Shown here: in pieces, positions 38,140 to 51,339 of the stretch
Numbering within the stretch: position 1 is the stretch's first letter
Layout of the letters: the number at the start of each line of letters is the position of its first letter
Source: Octopus sinensis
Lineage: Eukaryota
Assembly: GCF_006345805.1 (NCBI RefSeq)
Contig: NC_043000.1
Span: 102,548,001 to 102,612,000 of the forward strand
Direction: 5' to 3'
DNA length: 64,000 bases
Position numbers and translations under genes: made by a program
Notes under the pieces: generated by a model
What the model was told of the DNA's origin: nothing
Seen by the model: the letters and a program-made list of their open reading frames with translations, nothing else
Databases searched by the model: none

Positions 38140-39530
38140 TTAAGATCCAGGAACTCATCCTACGAGCTATATCGACCTTCTTGTTGATGTGTGCACTCCA
38201 ACTGAGATCGTCATCAACAATTACACCCAGGTCTCTGATATTGTTAGAGGCTGTGAGCGGTTCCCCTGAAGGAAGAGAGTATGGCTGTTTTAGTGAGGAA
38301 TTTCTTCCAAAATGCATCAGCTCAAATTTTCCCTCGTTCAGTTCCATTTTGTTTCTGTCTGCCCATTGACTCACAGCATATAGATCAGACTGGAGTTGAG
38401 TTCGGTCTGCTTCTTCATTGACGATTTGCTGGAGCTTAGTGTCATCAGCAAATACTTTCACTTTGCAGTAATGTACGACACTGGAAAGAGTAGCGGACCA
38501 AAGACAGTCCCCTGGGGGACACCGCTGGTGACTTTTGCTGGGCTTGAGTGGACTCCATCAACTACAACATGTTGTGTTCTATTCGCCAGGAAATACTTAA
38601 TCCAGTGTAGAACTTTTCCACGGATTCCAACATTTGCCAATTTTGAGAGTAGGATATTATGGTCTACCCTGTCGAACGCTTTACTGAAGTCAAGATATAT
38701 GACGTCAGAGTTCGAGCCTGTTCCCAAGGCTTTGAGTACATCTTCAATGTGGTGTAAGAGCTGTGTTAGACAGTCCCTGCCACAGCGAAAGCCATGATGA
38801 TTTGCATTTAGGAGTTTGTGGGTCTCCAGGAAGTCAGCTATCCTTGTTCTTAATACTCTTTCAAACACTTTAATGATGTAGGAGGTGAGTGAGATTGGGC
38901 GATAGTTGAGTGCGAGGGATCTGTTTCCCTGTTTGAAAACCGGGATGACTGACTGGGATAGAAACTGTTTCGGTATATAACCTGCGTCTAACGAATTTCT
39001 CCAGAGGTTGGTCAGAGGGACTGCAAGTTGATGTCTACATTCCTTCAGGAGACTAGCGGGGAATCTATCAGGGCCTACAGCAGAGTAGTATTTGACCTCA
39101 TTTATTGCTGCTACGAAGTCAGTGGCAGTGAAGATTATGTCTAAAATTTTATGTTGGGAGTCAACTTCGTTCGCTTCTCTTACGTCAATATCAGTGGGAA
39201 CACTAAAGACAGAGCAGTATTGTTTCTGCAGTATTTCTGCCATTTCTTTAGCATCGTGTTGGGGAATGCCGTTATCATCAATCAATGGCCCAATGGGTGA
39301 GACAGTGGTTCTATTCTTATTTGCATAAGAATAGAACACTTTTGGGTTCTGTTTGATGTTTTTGATTACCCACTGTTCCTCCACAGCTCTTTGATATTGA
39401 ATGGAGGTTTTCATGTCGGTCTGCAGATGGAGTTTTTCCAGCTCTAGCCTTTTCATTGTTGTTGAATGTGGATGTTGTGGGAATATTTTAATTGGTTGAT
39501 TTTTTGTTGAGTCTTTTGATGCGCCTGATG
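38140..39530 (-). pseudogene. LINE ORF2 reverse transcriptase (frameshifted, LIYINDL motif deleted)
   Basis: YRPISLTS, HGFRCGRDC, YLDFSKAFDRVDH and SGVPQGTVFGPLLF; then a frame change to VKVFADDTKL...RDLGVIVDDDLSWSAHI. The segment normally between GPLLF and FADD is partly missing. Confidence 0.95.
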
Positions 39531-40627
39531 AGTGTTTTTTTTTTCTTTTTAGGGAGCCGGTTTCTGTTTGTGTTAGTAGATTTCGTGGGAGCATGTTTAG
39601 AGCATGTATAGGTGACAATGTTTTCAAAGTGCTGCCATGTGGTCTCAATATGGGTGGAATTGAGAGTAAAAGACCAGTCGGTGAAAGACAGATCCTTTCT
39701 GATTGCTCCCCAGTCCGCTTTGTGGAAGTTTATGTTGTCAAATGGGTGCCATGGAGTGGGATTGGCTGGTTTGGTTTTTATATGTCGGGAATTAAAATTG
39801 CAGAGTACCATGTCGTGGTCTGAGAGGAGAGTTTTTTCAACTGAAATACTGTGAACGAAGCTAGAGTGATTGGTCAATACCAGATCCAAGATCGTTTTAT
39901 TCTGTCTCGTTGGTTCGAGCACTAGCTGAGTCAGGAAGTATTCATCCATTAGATTAAAGAGCAGTTCTGCTACTGCTCTATCTGATGTAGAGCATTTGCC
40001 TAACTTCAGAGTATTTGTGGGCCAGTTCACATGAGGGAGGTTAAAATCACCCATCACTAGTATGTTTCCGGAGTTGTACTTCCGAAGGAAGGACTTGACT
40101 TTGCTAAGGCACTCTTCAAAGCACTTTAGAGGTGCTTGGGGAGGCCTGTAAAGACCAACAACGATTATGCCCTTGGCCTTACTGAATAGTGATACCGATT
40201 CACAGTAGCCATTGGAAAATATGTCCTTGGCATCAAGTGAAAAGGAGTCATGGATAAAGATGGCTGTCCCTCCCTTATTCCGGTCTGTGCGATCCGCACG
40301 AACAATGGTGAAATCTTTTATTTTCACCTCGGCGTCCATATGGGTGTTGTTCAGGTGAGTCTCGGTAAGGATAAAGAAAGGGAAGCAATGTGCCGTTTCG
40401 GCAAGCCAACTCTCTATATATGGAATCTTCCATTTTGGGGCAATAATTGATGGGTTGATGCCACGTACATTTAACAGGAATGTCGAGGTAAGGGAAGTTT
40501 GATGTTTGCATTGTTCTAAGTTAGGTTTTATGTTGTTCAGTGGTAACAATGTGGGTAGTTCTTGTATGGAGCTGTGTGTGTATGATTTTCTTGTTGGTAG
40601 TGGATGTGTGGTCCTTGTGATTTGCAT
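39488..40627 (-). pseudogene. LINE ORF2 apurinic-like endonuclease domain
   Basis: LNVRG, LTETHL, RADR..GG, GLYRPP, MGDFNLP, EPTR..ILDLVLTN and SDH motifs; no in-frame ATG before the domain. Confidence 0.95.
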
Positions 40628-41478
40628 AGGTGGTTGCTGATAGCTCGTTGGATCTCCTGGCTTAGGTCGGCCTTCATATTTTCTAGGTAAGTCAGTAAAA
40701 AAGAGTTACCTCTTTGGTTTGCCACTTGGTCAGAGGATACATATTTCATATTGGTGTTATTTGGAGTTATGGTTTTTTCATGGTTCTGTCTACGTTGTTT
40801 GATTGTAGGAGGGGAAACGTGGTTGTATTTTGTTCTTGTTGTCGTAGATTTCCTCTGTTGGTGTTTATATTTATTTTGTGATCGTTGTGTGCCCTTCAGA
40901 TGGTGGTGGTTGCATTCTGGGTTCAGGCACATCCTTTGTGACACAGAAGTTTGGCACAGTTTAGGATGGAAGAAGATGCATCCATTGCCTTTTGTGCATC
41001 CATATTTGGGATCAGGATCATGGACTCTGTATTTAGGACAGTATTTGGGGTGGAGGTGAGGGCAGTTTTTTCCCGTTATACCATATGGACAGGTGCCCTT
41101 AACAAGTCTACGACATAAGGTAGGATGGGAAAAAGCACAGCGTCCATTGTTGTTGGTGCCGCTGGGGCCAAATCTACAGCTGCCTTGAGAATAGTAACGG
41201 CAGGGTGTTTTATGTGGGTGTAGTAGTGGTTTTTCTATTCTGGCTGTAGTAGCAGTAGCAGAGTGTTGTTGTTGTTGTTGTTGTTGCTGTAGCAGCAGTG
41301 AAACTTGACTTGGAATCGGATCGTCAGGTACTGGTTCCAATGTAGTGGCAGAAGCAGGCTGTTGTTTTTGTGATAGTGGGTTCTGGTTTTCCAGAATGGG
41401 CGGAATTAGGTCAGATGTTTGTTGCTGGCTATCGGGTCGTTGGGGTTGGGTCATTTGGTGCACTGCATTCATTGGCAA
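40537..41478 (-). CDS. LINE ORF1, C-terminal part: Q/P-rich linker and four CCCH zinc fingers
   Basis: CRYYSQGSCRFG...CAFSH, CRRLVKGTCPYG..CPHLH, CPKY..GCTKGNGCIFFH and CQTSVSQRMCLNPECNHHH; 313 codons open. Confidence 0.85.
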   Translation of the reverse strand: MPMNAVHQMTQPQRPDSQQQTSDLIPPILENQNPLSQKQQPASATTLEPVPDDPIPSQVSLLLQQQQQQQQHSATATTARIEKPLLHPHKTPCRYYSQGSCRFGPSGTNNNGRCAFSHPTLCRRLVKGTCPYGITGKNCPHLHPKYCPKYRVHDPDPKYGCTKGNGCIFFHPKLCQTSVSQRMCLNPECNHHHLKGTQRSQNKYKHQQRKSTTTRTKYNHVSPPTIKQRRQNHEKTITPNNTNMKYVSSDQVANQRGNSFLLTYLENMKADLSQEIQRAISNHLCKSQGPHIHYQQENHTHTAPYKNYPHCYH

Positions 41479-41704
41479 GAATGGCTTCTAGTATTGCCAT
41501 GTGCGTGTGGAAAATAGGAAATATTCTTTTAATCTCTTTTATTGTATTTTCGATCTGTTTTACAGATCTGTGAAAGGATTGTTTCGCTAAGTTTTCAGCT
41601 ATTTTACTGTAAACATTAGCTTCGTTGTGGTGAATGAACCAAGCGTTTATCATTGCAGTAATTTCATTTTCAACCCAGTGGCGTTTTTGAATATTATTGG
41701 CCAT
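41429..41704 (-). CDS. Myb/SANT-like (trihelix) domain ORF; probable N-terminus of LINE ORF1
   Basis: MANNIQKRHWVENEITAMINAW...VYSKIAENLAKQSFHRSVKQIENTIKEIKRIF fits the W..E...LI / IA..L...F.R...Q....K.LK..Y pattern; ATG in an aatATGG context; overlaps the CCCH ORF in another frame. Confidence 0.65.
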   Translation of the reverse strand: MANNIQKRHWVENEITAMINAWFIHHNEANVYSKIAENLAKQSFHRSVKQIENTIKEIKRIFPIFHTHMAILEAILANECSAPNDPTPTTR

Positions 41705-42109
41705 ATTCAGTGGGACAGTATTATACACTGTACGCCAGTTATTGATGGCTTGATGTAAAATAGTGAATACACCGTTGAAAAGTTTGTGTCGATATATTCG
41801 GAAATGCGTGGCTTGTGTGCAAGAGAGTTCAGTGTATTTAGTACAATCAGGATGAGCGGTGTATTTAATACAGATCAAGAAAAAGAATTGTGCTCACGGG
41901 ACTAGTTTTAGAACTAGTTTTGGGTTTAGTTTTGGTTTATATTTCTTTCTCCAGGTTGTATATGGATTTGTATAAATTTATCCTCCGATGGTAGTAAAAG
42001 GGTAGAATAGTAGAATTGTAGAATTCAAAAGTTCTGGGACTAAAAACAAGGAGAGTTTCTGCTGGCTTGAGTTGAAATATGCTTCTTTGGCTACTGCATA
42101 TTTGCCTAC

Positions 42110-42164
42110 TGATATATATATGTATATCTGTATATATATTATATATATGTATATACTTATATGT

Positions 42165-42226
<62 letters not shown>

Positions 42227-42323
42227 TACACACACACACACATAATATATATATATAATATATATAATATATATATATATATATACATATAACTATACAT
42301 ACATGTGTATGTATATGTATATT

Positions 42324-42398
<75 letters not shown>

Positions 42399-42517
42399 AT
42401 GCATATATATGTATATGTACATAGATATATATATATATGTATATAGATAGATATATTTATATACCTGTATGTAGGTATATGTACACACACACACACACAC
42501 CACACACACACACACAT

Positions 42518-42574
<57 letters not shown>

Positions 42575-42754
42575 ATATATATGTAAGTATACATATATGT
42601 ATCCCTGTGACGGATGCGTTTTCATAAACGTTCTCCTCATTTCGCATCACATTCATCAAATGTCCATACTCTTACAAAGTAGATGCGGGGGGAATACAAC
42701 CACACAATCTCACACACGTACCAGCTTCACAGACACATGTGCGCCCACGCCAGT

Positions 42755-42824
<70 letters not shown>

Positions 42825-42845
42825 CACATGCACGCACGCAGAAAC
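42110..42845. repeat. (TA)n/(CA)n compound microsatellites
   Basis: Direct reading of the sequence. Confidence 0.93.
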
Positions 42846-43494
42846 ATACAATATCATTATTTGAGTTCTGGAGTCTTTTTTTTTTTTTACTTTTGTTTAC
42901 TGTAGTATTTTTATTTATTAATTTACGTATTTGTTTATTTTTATGTCAAAGCGTGACATGATGAAATAAAACGTATGTAAATCTATCGTTTTCTTACCAA
43001 CAATACTATCAATTATATAACATGCGATACCTCTGTTCAGCTTTGACCTCTCTCGCCTGTACCACGAAGTATAAGGATAGTCAGTCCAAAGCGTCGTCGC
43101 CCTGCAATACACGCACAATACACGCACAATAGTGGCTGGCTACTCAAGCTCGCAATGCTAATAATAATAGTAATAATAATGCCTTTATAATGATACTCTG
43201 TACACAAGACCAAATTAACTTGTTATTATCGATACAAATGCTGTGTATGAAGTTAAAATTATGTGCAAAGCAAATCGCCTATCCAGCGACATCAACTCTC
43301 TGAGTACTAATGATGGATATTCACATGAAAATCAATAAAGGCGAATGAAGAAAAAGAGAGGAGAAAGAAGAGGAACAAAAACAAACAGTGAGGTGGAGGT
43401 GAAAGAAAGAGGAGTAGAATACAATAAGAATAATGAATAGCGGTGCGGTAGAGCTAGATATATTTTTAGAGAGAGGAGGATAGAATTAGATAGT

Positions 43495-43631
43495 GAACGA
43501 GAAAGCGAGCGAGCTAGAGAGAGAGAGAGAGAGAGAGAGCAGAGAGAGTGAGTGAGTGAGTAAGCGAGAATGTGTGTGTGAGTGAGAGAGAGAGAGAGAG
43601 AGAGAGCGGGTGAGTAAGCGAGTATGTGTGT

Positions 43632-43670
<39 letters not shown>

Positions 43671-43775
43671 AGAGAGAGAAAGAAATGAATATAGAGTGAT
43701 GTTGAGAGAAAGAGAAATGAGATATGGTGAGTGAATGAAAAGGTAGAAGAATATGAGAAGAAAAGGGAGATAGAA

Positions 43776-43821
<46 letters not shown>

Positions 43822-43865
43822 AAAGAAAGAAAGAAAGAAAAAAGAAAGAAAGAAGGAAAGAAAGA
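43495..43865. repeat. (GA)n/GAAA purine-rich tract
   Basis: Direct reading of the sequence. Confidence 0.93.
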
Positions 43866-44254
43866 TGATTTTATCCGCTATTTCAACAAAAACCGCTACT
43901 TCGTTAGAGAACGTTTATGATAAATAACAATTACCCGTAATCACAAATAATTAATTCTTTATTGGCCACAAGGTTCCACGAATTTGGTTACACGGGAAGA
44001 AACAGAATACAAGATAATGGGGATTGGGAATAGAATGTTTCCAATTTTGGTAAAAAGGCAAGCAATTTAGTGGATAGGGTTTAGTCGCTTTCATTGGTAC
44101 CAGTACTTGAGTGGAGTCGACCCCCATAGAAATGAAAGACAAAGTTAAACTTAGTGGGATTTGAACTTTGAAGGTAAAAACCCGAAAGAAATACTGCAAA
44201 GCGTTTTCCCCGACCCTCTTAAAATTCGGCCAGTTCACCACCATATAATCCTTT

Positions 44255-44463
44255 CTACCCAAAAGCACAAGGTCTGAAATTTTGGGGAGGGGACTCGTCG
44301 ATCACATCGACCCCAGCGTTTCATTAATACTTACGCATTTTATCGATCGCAAAGGGATGAAAAGCAAAGTCGACCTCGGTGGCATTTGAACTCAGAACTT
44401 AAAGATAGATGAAATGCCGCTAAGCATTTTGTCCAATGTGCTAACGATTCTGCCAGCTCACCG

Positions 44464-44536
<73 letters not shown>

Positions 44537-44752
44537 TCTTTCCACTACAGGCACAAGGCCTGAAATTTGGAGGGAGGGGGCTAGTCGATCACATCGACCC
44601 CAATTCATAACTAGTACTTAATTTATCGACCCCAAAAGGATGAAAGGCAAAGTCGACCTTGACAGAATTTGAGTTCAGAACGTAAAAACCAGAAGAAAAT
44701 GTTGTTAAACATTTTGTCCGACGCGCTAACAGTTCTGCCAATTCACCCCTTA
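44255..44752 (-). mobile_element. Two SINE family B copies separated by (AAT)n
   Basis: Copies at about 44255-44467 and 44535-44752. Confidence 0.87.
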
Positions 44753-44843
44753 TTGATGATGACCATCATCAACATCATGATAAATAATTGTTATAATTTG
44801 TGATAAGGACAAATACTCAATGATGATGACGACGACGACGGCA

Positions 44844-44905
<62 letters not shown>

Positions 44906-44997
44906 GACGATGACGATGACGAAAAAAAACCTGATACAAAAATATTTAGAGAAAGTGAATAGTAAGAGATTGAGGAAGATAAAGAGATAGATAGATG

Positions 44998-45029
<32 letters not shown>

Positions 45030-46431
45030 AAGAGAGGGAGAGAGAAAGAGGAGGAACCTATTTATTTTGTGGAGGAAGTGGGGGAGAAACCGTGCATATA
45101 AACCGAGAATGCTCAGTAAAGATGTAAGTATGATTATATTTAAACGGTAGAGGATTAAAAGCGATTATGTACAAAGCCAACATGAATTAATAGCATGAAT
45201 TGCTGAAATATTTATTGACTGAAGGAGGTTGTTATAGAGATAGAAGCAAAGCAAATAAAATATTCGGGATACAAAAATGTTTTCTTTTTTTTTTTAAGAA
45301 AAAAATAAAATAAAATCGAATTGAGAAGGATGAAGAGAAATAAAATAAATAAACCATTTAGTCAATCATACATTTATTGATATTTTACGAAGCTGGGCAG
45401 AATTACAACAAATAAAAATCGCAATCAAAAGTAGCAAAAACAAAAAATGGAAAAAGAACAAAAATTGATTCGATTGAAAAAATTCAAAATGGCGTCGGGT
45501 ACGAGTCGTAAAGGCGTAACAAAATGAAAGTAAACGAAAGTTAAGTTTAAAAAAGACAGTATGGAAAATAATCTCACTGAAATCTTTTACTTACGTCAAA
45601 GATACACAATGGCTAATAATGTCGAGATAGAACATGCTTTGATACAGCTGGATTATATTATATAAAGTTGATATTCTCTAAATTTTCAGTTGAAATTTTA
45701 CGAATCTCAGTAACATTTCTTTCTTTCTCCTACCCCGTTGAGATTGTCATTTGTCTCTAGGCAGAAAAGGTCATTTTCTTTCCAAACATATTCAATGACA
45801 TTATTATTAACACACTCACACAATGCTGTAAAACGATACAAGATAGAGAACTTGTTCAACGATTATGTTTTTACACACAGTGATTTTAAAGTCTTTCGGT
45901 TTGTTTCTGCACGAAAATGTTTACATAGGGTGTGTTTTCGCAAATGTGCGTTATACAGCCGAAAAAAAAACAACAACACAGAAGTGCAGCGAGAATACGA
46001 TGACTGTATACAAACATCACGAGCTTTCGTTCGACTTGTCAACAAAAGAGTATACGCAAGGCAGTTTTCTTTAGAGAGTAACCAGCATCCTCTTAAACTG
46101 AAACATATCCCACCATGGCAGTTCATTTTGCTGTCATTATGCTGTTGTCGTTGTGTAATCTCAGCTCAGTTATGATAATGAAGATTTGAGGCACATATCT
46201 CGTCGAGCGAACGACTAGGAGCAAGTTTGTTTGCATTGCCATTGTGCAAATTATTTATACAAGTGCATTGAGAACCGAACGATCAAGCAGCCAAATAAAT
46301 ACTACTCCCTGTCATGCGCCAAACAAGAGTTCCCTACAGAGTCACTCGCTAGATCCAGTGTTGCAGGAAATGGTTGTACACCAGAATAAATATATATTAT
46401 TGATACAGAGACATGGAAATGAATATATGTG

Positions 46432-46501
<70 letters not shown>

Positions 46502-47589
46502 AGTGCTCTTCGCTGTTTAATATAATTATAAATTCCTCAACATGATTAGAGCTTAAAGCTAAAAACGATTCTCTCCCCTTTGGTTGCAGTAGCAGCCAAC
46601 CCCTTATTTGACTTGTCCTCCACAAACTAACTTAAATCTTGTCGGGTCTGATTTACTTTTCATCCTACTAGGGTTGGTAACGCTAAATATCAAACATGTA
46701 CTGAAGTCGGGATCGTGGTTAACCAGAATGGTTAACCTTCGCTTTCCAATCACTGAACCCCGAGTTCATTTCCACTGCGGAGCATCTTAAGGTAGAGTCT
46801 TTGACTGTAGATTTTGATCTGGTAACACAAAACTGAGCGCAAACCTCTTCTAATGGATTGTACCTGTAATTCAAAGGTGCAGGCATGTCACACACTGTGT
46901 CACGCTGGTTACACTTGAATTAAGGATAGTTAAGTGTACAATTGACTGTGGAATACTCACCAATTCAATGAACAGGAATTTCAGCCGATCGAACAACTAC
47001 TCATCATTGAAACTGATGGAGATCGATTAATTTGATGGTTATACTTTGGTCAATTCAATTAGCAACAGTAAACATCCTGAGCCGGACAAAATGATTAGCG
47101 ATGTTTCTTTCGGCTTCATGTGCTGAGTTCAAATCCCGCTAGGTCGACTTCGTCTGTTATTCTTTCAGTTCGATAAAATAAGTTCCATTGAGTACTGGGG
47201 TCGATTATAGTTTTTGTGCCTATAATAGAAAGTATTATTATTATTATAGTGTATTGTATTTGTTATATTAAACATATAATATGCTCTTTGGTAGAATTAA
47301 TTGTCATTATAACCGTTTAGGCGGCGAGCTGACAAAATTGGTAGAGTATGGGAAAATTACTTCACGGTATTTGTTCTCTGCTCTTTACATTCTGGAGTCA
47401 GTTTTATCTTTCGTTGTTTCGGGTTAGATAAAATAAAATACCATTCAAGTACTAGGGGGATGGTTTCGACTGCCCGTCTCCTTTAGAACAAATCTCTCCG
47501 GAACAAACTCACTTTATGACACCCACCCCAGGACGAAAGCCACTTAACTCCATCACGCTTAAAATAAGATAGGTCAAACCTCACTTCGA

Positions 47590-48180
47590 TAAAATTAAAA
47601 CTCAAATAATTGTCTTTTTTCGGAATATTTCGAAGTACACGCAAAGTTATAAATAATAACATGTATATATTGGGTTGGAAAACCCTTTTGGATAGGAAAA
47701 GATGAAGGCTGCTCGTGGGACTCGAACCCACATCTCCTGTAGACATAACTGGCGTTCTACCATTGTACAAAAAAAAAACGATCCTTCGAATTTCTTTCCA
47801 TTTTATTAGCCTTATTCTTTCCAGGGAGAAATGTACCATTTTAATGTCATAAGAATTTTATAAACTTTCGAGAGTATGTGAACTAATTCTTTTTTGGAAT
47901 ATCTCAAAGCACACACATACAGTTCTCACTGCCAAGCATGAAGTTATTAAAATCGACATCGTGTTTCAAAGGATTGCTTTGGTACGATGGCAGAACGCCT
48001 GTAACGTCGGCAGGGATTTAGGTTCGAATCCCACAGATAATCTTCGACCCCCATTTTTTATCCAAGGAGGTGGGTGTTCAATCCAATATTTGCAGGCTAT
48101 TATTTATATATTTATATGTGTTTTGACATATTCTAAAAAAAAGAATTAGTTCAAGGTCTCTTGAGAATTTATAAAACCCT
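47590..48180. mobile_element. Diverged inverted pair of tRNA-headed repeats (family F) plus a partial third copy
   Basis: The minus copy (47590-47790) and the plus copy (47965-48180) share gtac.atgg.agaacgcc...ggttcga.tcccac and downstream ccaatat...tattatttata...tattc..aaaaa..aatta; 47850-47925 is a minus-strand tail. Confidence 0.65.
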
Positions 48181-49141
48181 AATGACGGCCCAAACCCAAA
48201 TATTTGTATTTAGCATTTTTTCACAACCAACGGAGCACGAAGCGCTCTTTGTGAACGCAGGTTCGTGAGATGGTTGTGTTCTGTAAACAGTTTTGAGCAG
48301 GAACTAGAAAGAGAAGTATGAACACGCAATGCGCATGTACACACTGAATTCGTAAAACGGAAGAGAAGAATAAAAACGCAATGCGTATGTCAAAATAAAA
48401 CAGAAGAGAATAAAACATGTTGTATGATGGTCTGCATGCCACGTCTGGCACAACTACAATGCAGTTTTGCTGCAATTTTCTTGCTAAAGATGAAAAAAAG
48501 TTATTAAAAAATAATTAGATAATTAATTCATTCATTATTTAATTTTAGCAGTCAGCTGTGAGAGCACTGGTGAAACGAAATCTTTCAACTGCCCCGAATG
48601 TTAGAAGCAATTAGCTAAGTAAGGTAATCTGATTACGTTAATAAGGTGATTATTACATAAGAGTACAATACCGAAGAGATTACAGCAATTGTACTATTCT
48701 CTACATTGTAATCTGATTTCAAAATATGCCTGGCTATTTTAGAGGAGTACAAAATTGCTTACACACTCAAAGGATTGCAAAATTAAACAAAAGAATCTCG
48801 CTTTACAACCGCATGGTTTCGAGTTCAGTTCTATGGCACGGTCCATTGCACAAGTGTCTTCTATTATAGTCTTGTGCCCACCGATGTCTTTGTGAATGAA
48901 TTTCGCAGATAGAAACTGTGTGGAAGCCCATATTATATAAAGATCTTTATAATTCACTGTTTAACGGATGAACTCGAAAAAGAAAGTTATATATAGCAGC
49001 GTATAAATATTTATAGTTTTCTTTTTCTTAAATTTCGAGTTCAACCGTTATAAACGACTTATTTCATCTCTCAAAGTTTCAAAATATTTATGACGTCAAC
49101 AGCGTTTGTTTCTGTTTGTGTGTGTATGTGTGTTGGGGGTG

Positions 49142-49207
<66 letters not shown>

Positions 49208-51339
49208 TCCTCCAGACACTGCTTGCCAATTGGCGTTCGTTTATTTGAATCCCCGTAATCTGGTGTAATAAAATTGTAAGAGGGTTAATACTTCATTCAG
49301 TATTTTTAAAAAGAACAATGTTTCAGAGAAGCAAAAGTCGGCGGGCGCTTTTCATCTTCTCCCATCCTTATCATCCTTGTATCATTATCATTCATCTCAT
49401 TAATGTCCGTGTCCAGCCCGCAAGCTTCCTTACTCTATGTACTGCCTTTATGGCAAATTTAATAAAATAAAAAAAGGGACCGATGAAATAAATATAAAAC
49501 TTTATAAAACAAGTGCAGCGGTCGATTTGTTAGACTAAACCCTTCAATGTGATGCTCCAGCATGGCCGCAGTCCAATGACTAACACAAGTAAAAAGTAAA
49601 AAATAGCAGGTGACATCGCCCCTTGGCGATATATCCTACGTTATACAAAAATTCTTCCATAGTTTTCCTTTCATTCATCTAAACCAGACACAGGCTATTC
49701 AAATCCTCTCTCGTAATAGTTCAATCCTGATGGGAAAGGTCTTTTGTTCCATGAGGTTTAATTACTTAAGACAGAAAAAATTACTTAAGACAGAAAATAA
49801 ATAGAAACTACATAAGAATTTTGTACGGAAGTTTGCCGAGGTAATAATCTAAAGACCACAGTATTTTTTGTTAAGCTTTAAGATTAATGGTTTTATATCA
49901 CACTAATATTCATCCGTGTTTTGGGGGGCTTTGAAATGACTGCATTATTCAATGTAGTCTCTCTTTATATACGACAGTTGAGTATATTTTGAGGGAGATT
50001 TAGTTACTGTTTTTAGCAGTCCGAACAACAACGTATAGGTTTCCTCATTGGTTCGAACAAACACCACCACCACCACCACCAACGCCACCTACACCATAAA
50101 AAAGCACCCCGCAGCAGCAACAACATTCGGATGGTAAAACCAAGGAAACTGGTTTTTAGCAAAATTTCATATTATGACTCGCCTTGTTATTTGCAAACAG
50201 GCATACATGTAGAAAATAAGAGAGTGGAGGAGATTGGGTGTTGTTCTCGAACATATTTTCTTATGAATAATATAAATGGTAGGATATTATCTGAGGAAAA
50301 TTTGGTTGCTATTTATAGCGATCGAGAGAACACATAATCTCCATAAACTCCATATCTTGAGATAATTTCAAAGACCTATCCGCCGTAGCCATTTCATCCT
50401 TTTTCGTGCAATGAATACCCGAACAACATTACCCAAAATGTTGTTTTTAAGACTTAAGGCTTAATATCGCCACTCTTTTCTAGAAGGTCTAAGGACTATG
50501 TAGATAATGTCCAGTTGGCTCAAGATTGACTGTTTGTGAATACATGCATCTTTGTGCCTTTTTCTTTGAGTGTATGTGTGCCTGTGTTTTATTTAGCGTA
50601 TTCTCAACGTCATTAATATCCTTTCTACTATAGTCACGAGCTCTATGACAACGCAATTAATAACAAAATTAAAAGTGCTGTGACGTTTGAGTAATAAAAT
50701 GGCAGCACAACCGTAATCAAGTGGTTTTGAGATATTAAAAACAAAGGCGCTTGCAAATTCGCCTTTGATTTTTACCCATCCACATCGAAATTCATCCCCT
50801 AAAAGCTACCAATAATCAACAAGGACTCATATTTCAAGCCTAGTGCGATTAAAGCTTTACCTATCGCCCTTTCGTACCTATAAAAGTTCGATTTATGGTC
50901 GTGGGTATCATCGATTGCCTTACTTAGATATATGATTTCTACACAATGTATTGTCTTGTTTTTTAAGTGATACACATTCAAAACAAGTGAGTATGCATGT
51001 GTTTTCTGTAAACACTAGCCAAAACGCCGCCCTCGGGAGAAAGACTTTTAGTTTTGCTCTAACGGGGAGCTGTTGAACCCTCGGCTTAAAGTAAGATTGA
51101 AGAACCTATTAAAAAGCCTTAGATCTGTCGATTTTCGGTGATTTGTCGAGTCAAAACATCACCCGATCTTCTGGAGCCTTAATACCGCTAATCTTTAAAA
51201 TGTCCAGTATAAAACATCGCTCGAATATGTCGTGTCAAAATTTTCTTGTATTTTTTTTCTCACCTCTCTGCTGGAATTCACCGATTTTCGTCATCCTGGA
51301 TTTTGATTTTCTATTATACAGTAAATCGTTTCTTCTCAA

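Larger units (their letters stand above)
38130..41900 (-). mobile_element. CR1-group LINE; 5' part and ORF1 retained, 3' truncated, disrupted
   Basis: ORF1, APE and RT are in order on the minus strand; homology ends abruptly at ..ARRMSSWIL. Confidence 0.93.

Noticed and set aside
46215-46390. Cys-rich peptide QVCLHCHCANYLYKC resembling an LRRNT cap
   Set aside because: Bounded by stops; joining it to the upstream hydrophobic ORF needs both a frameshift and a readthrough; no LRRs follow.
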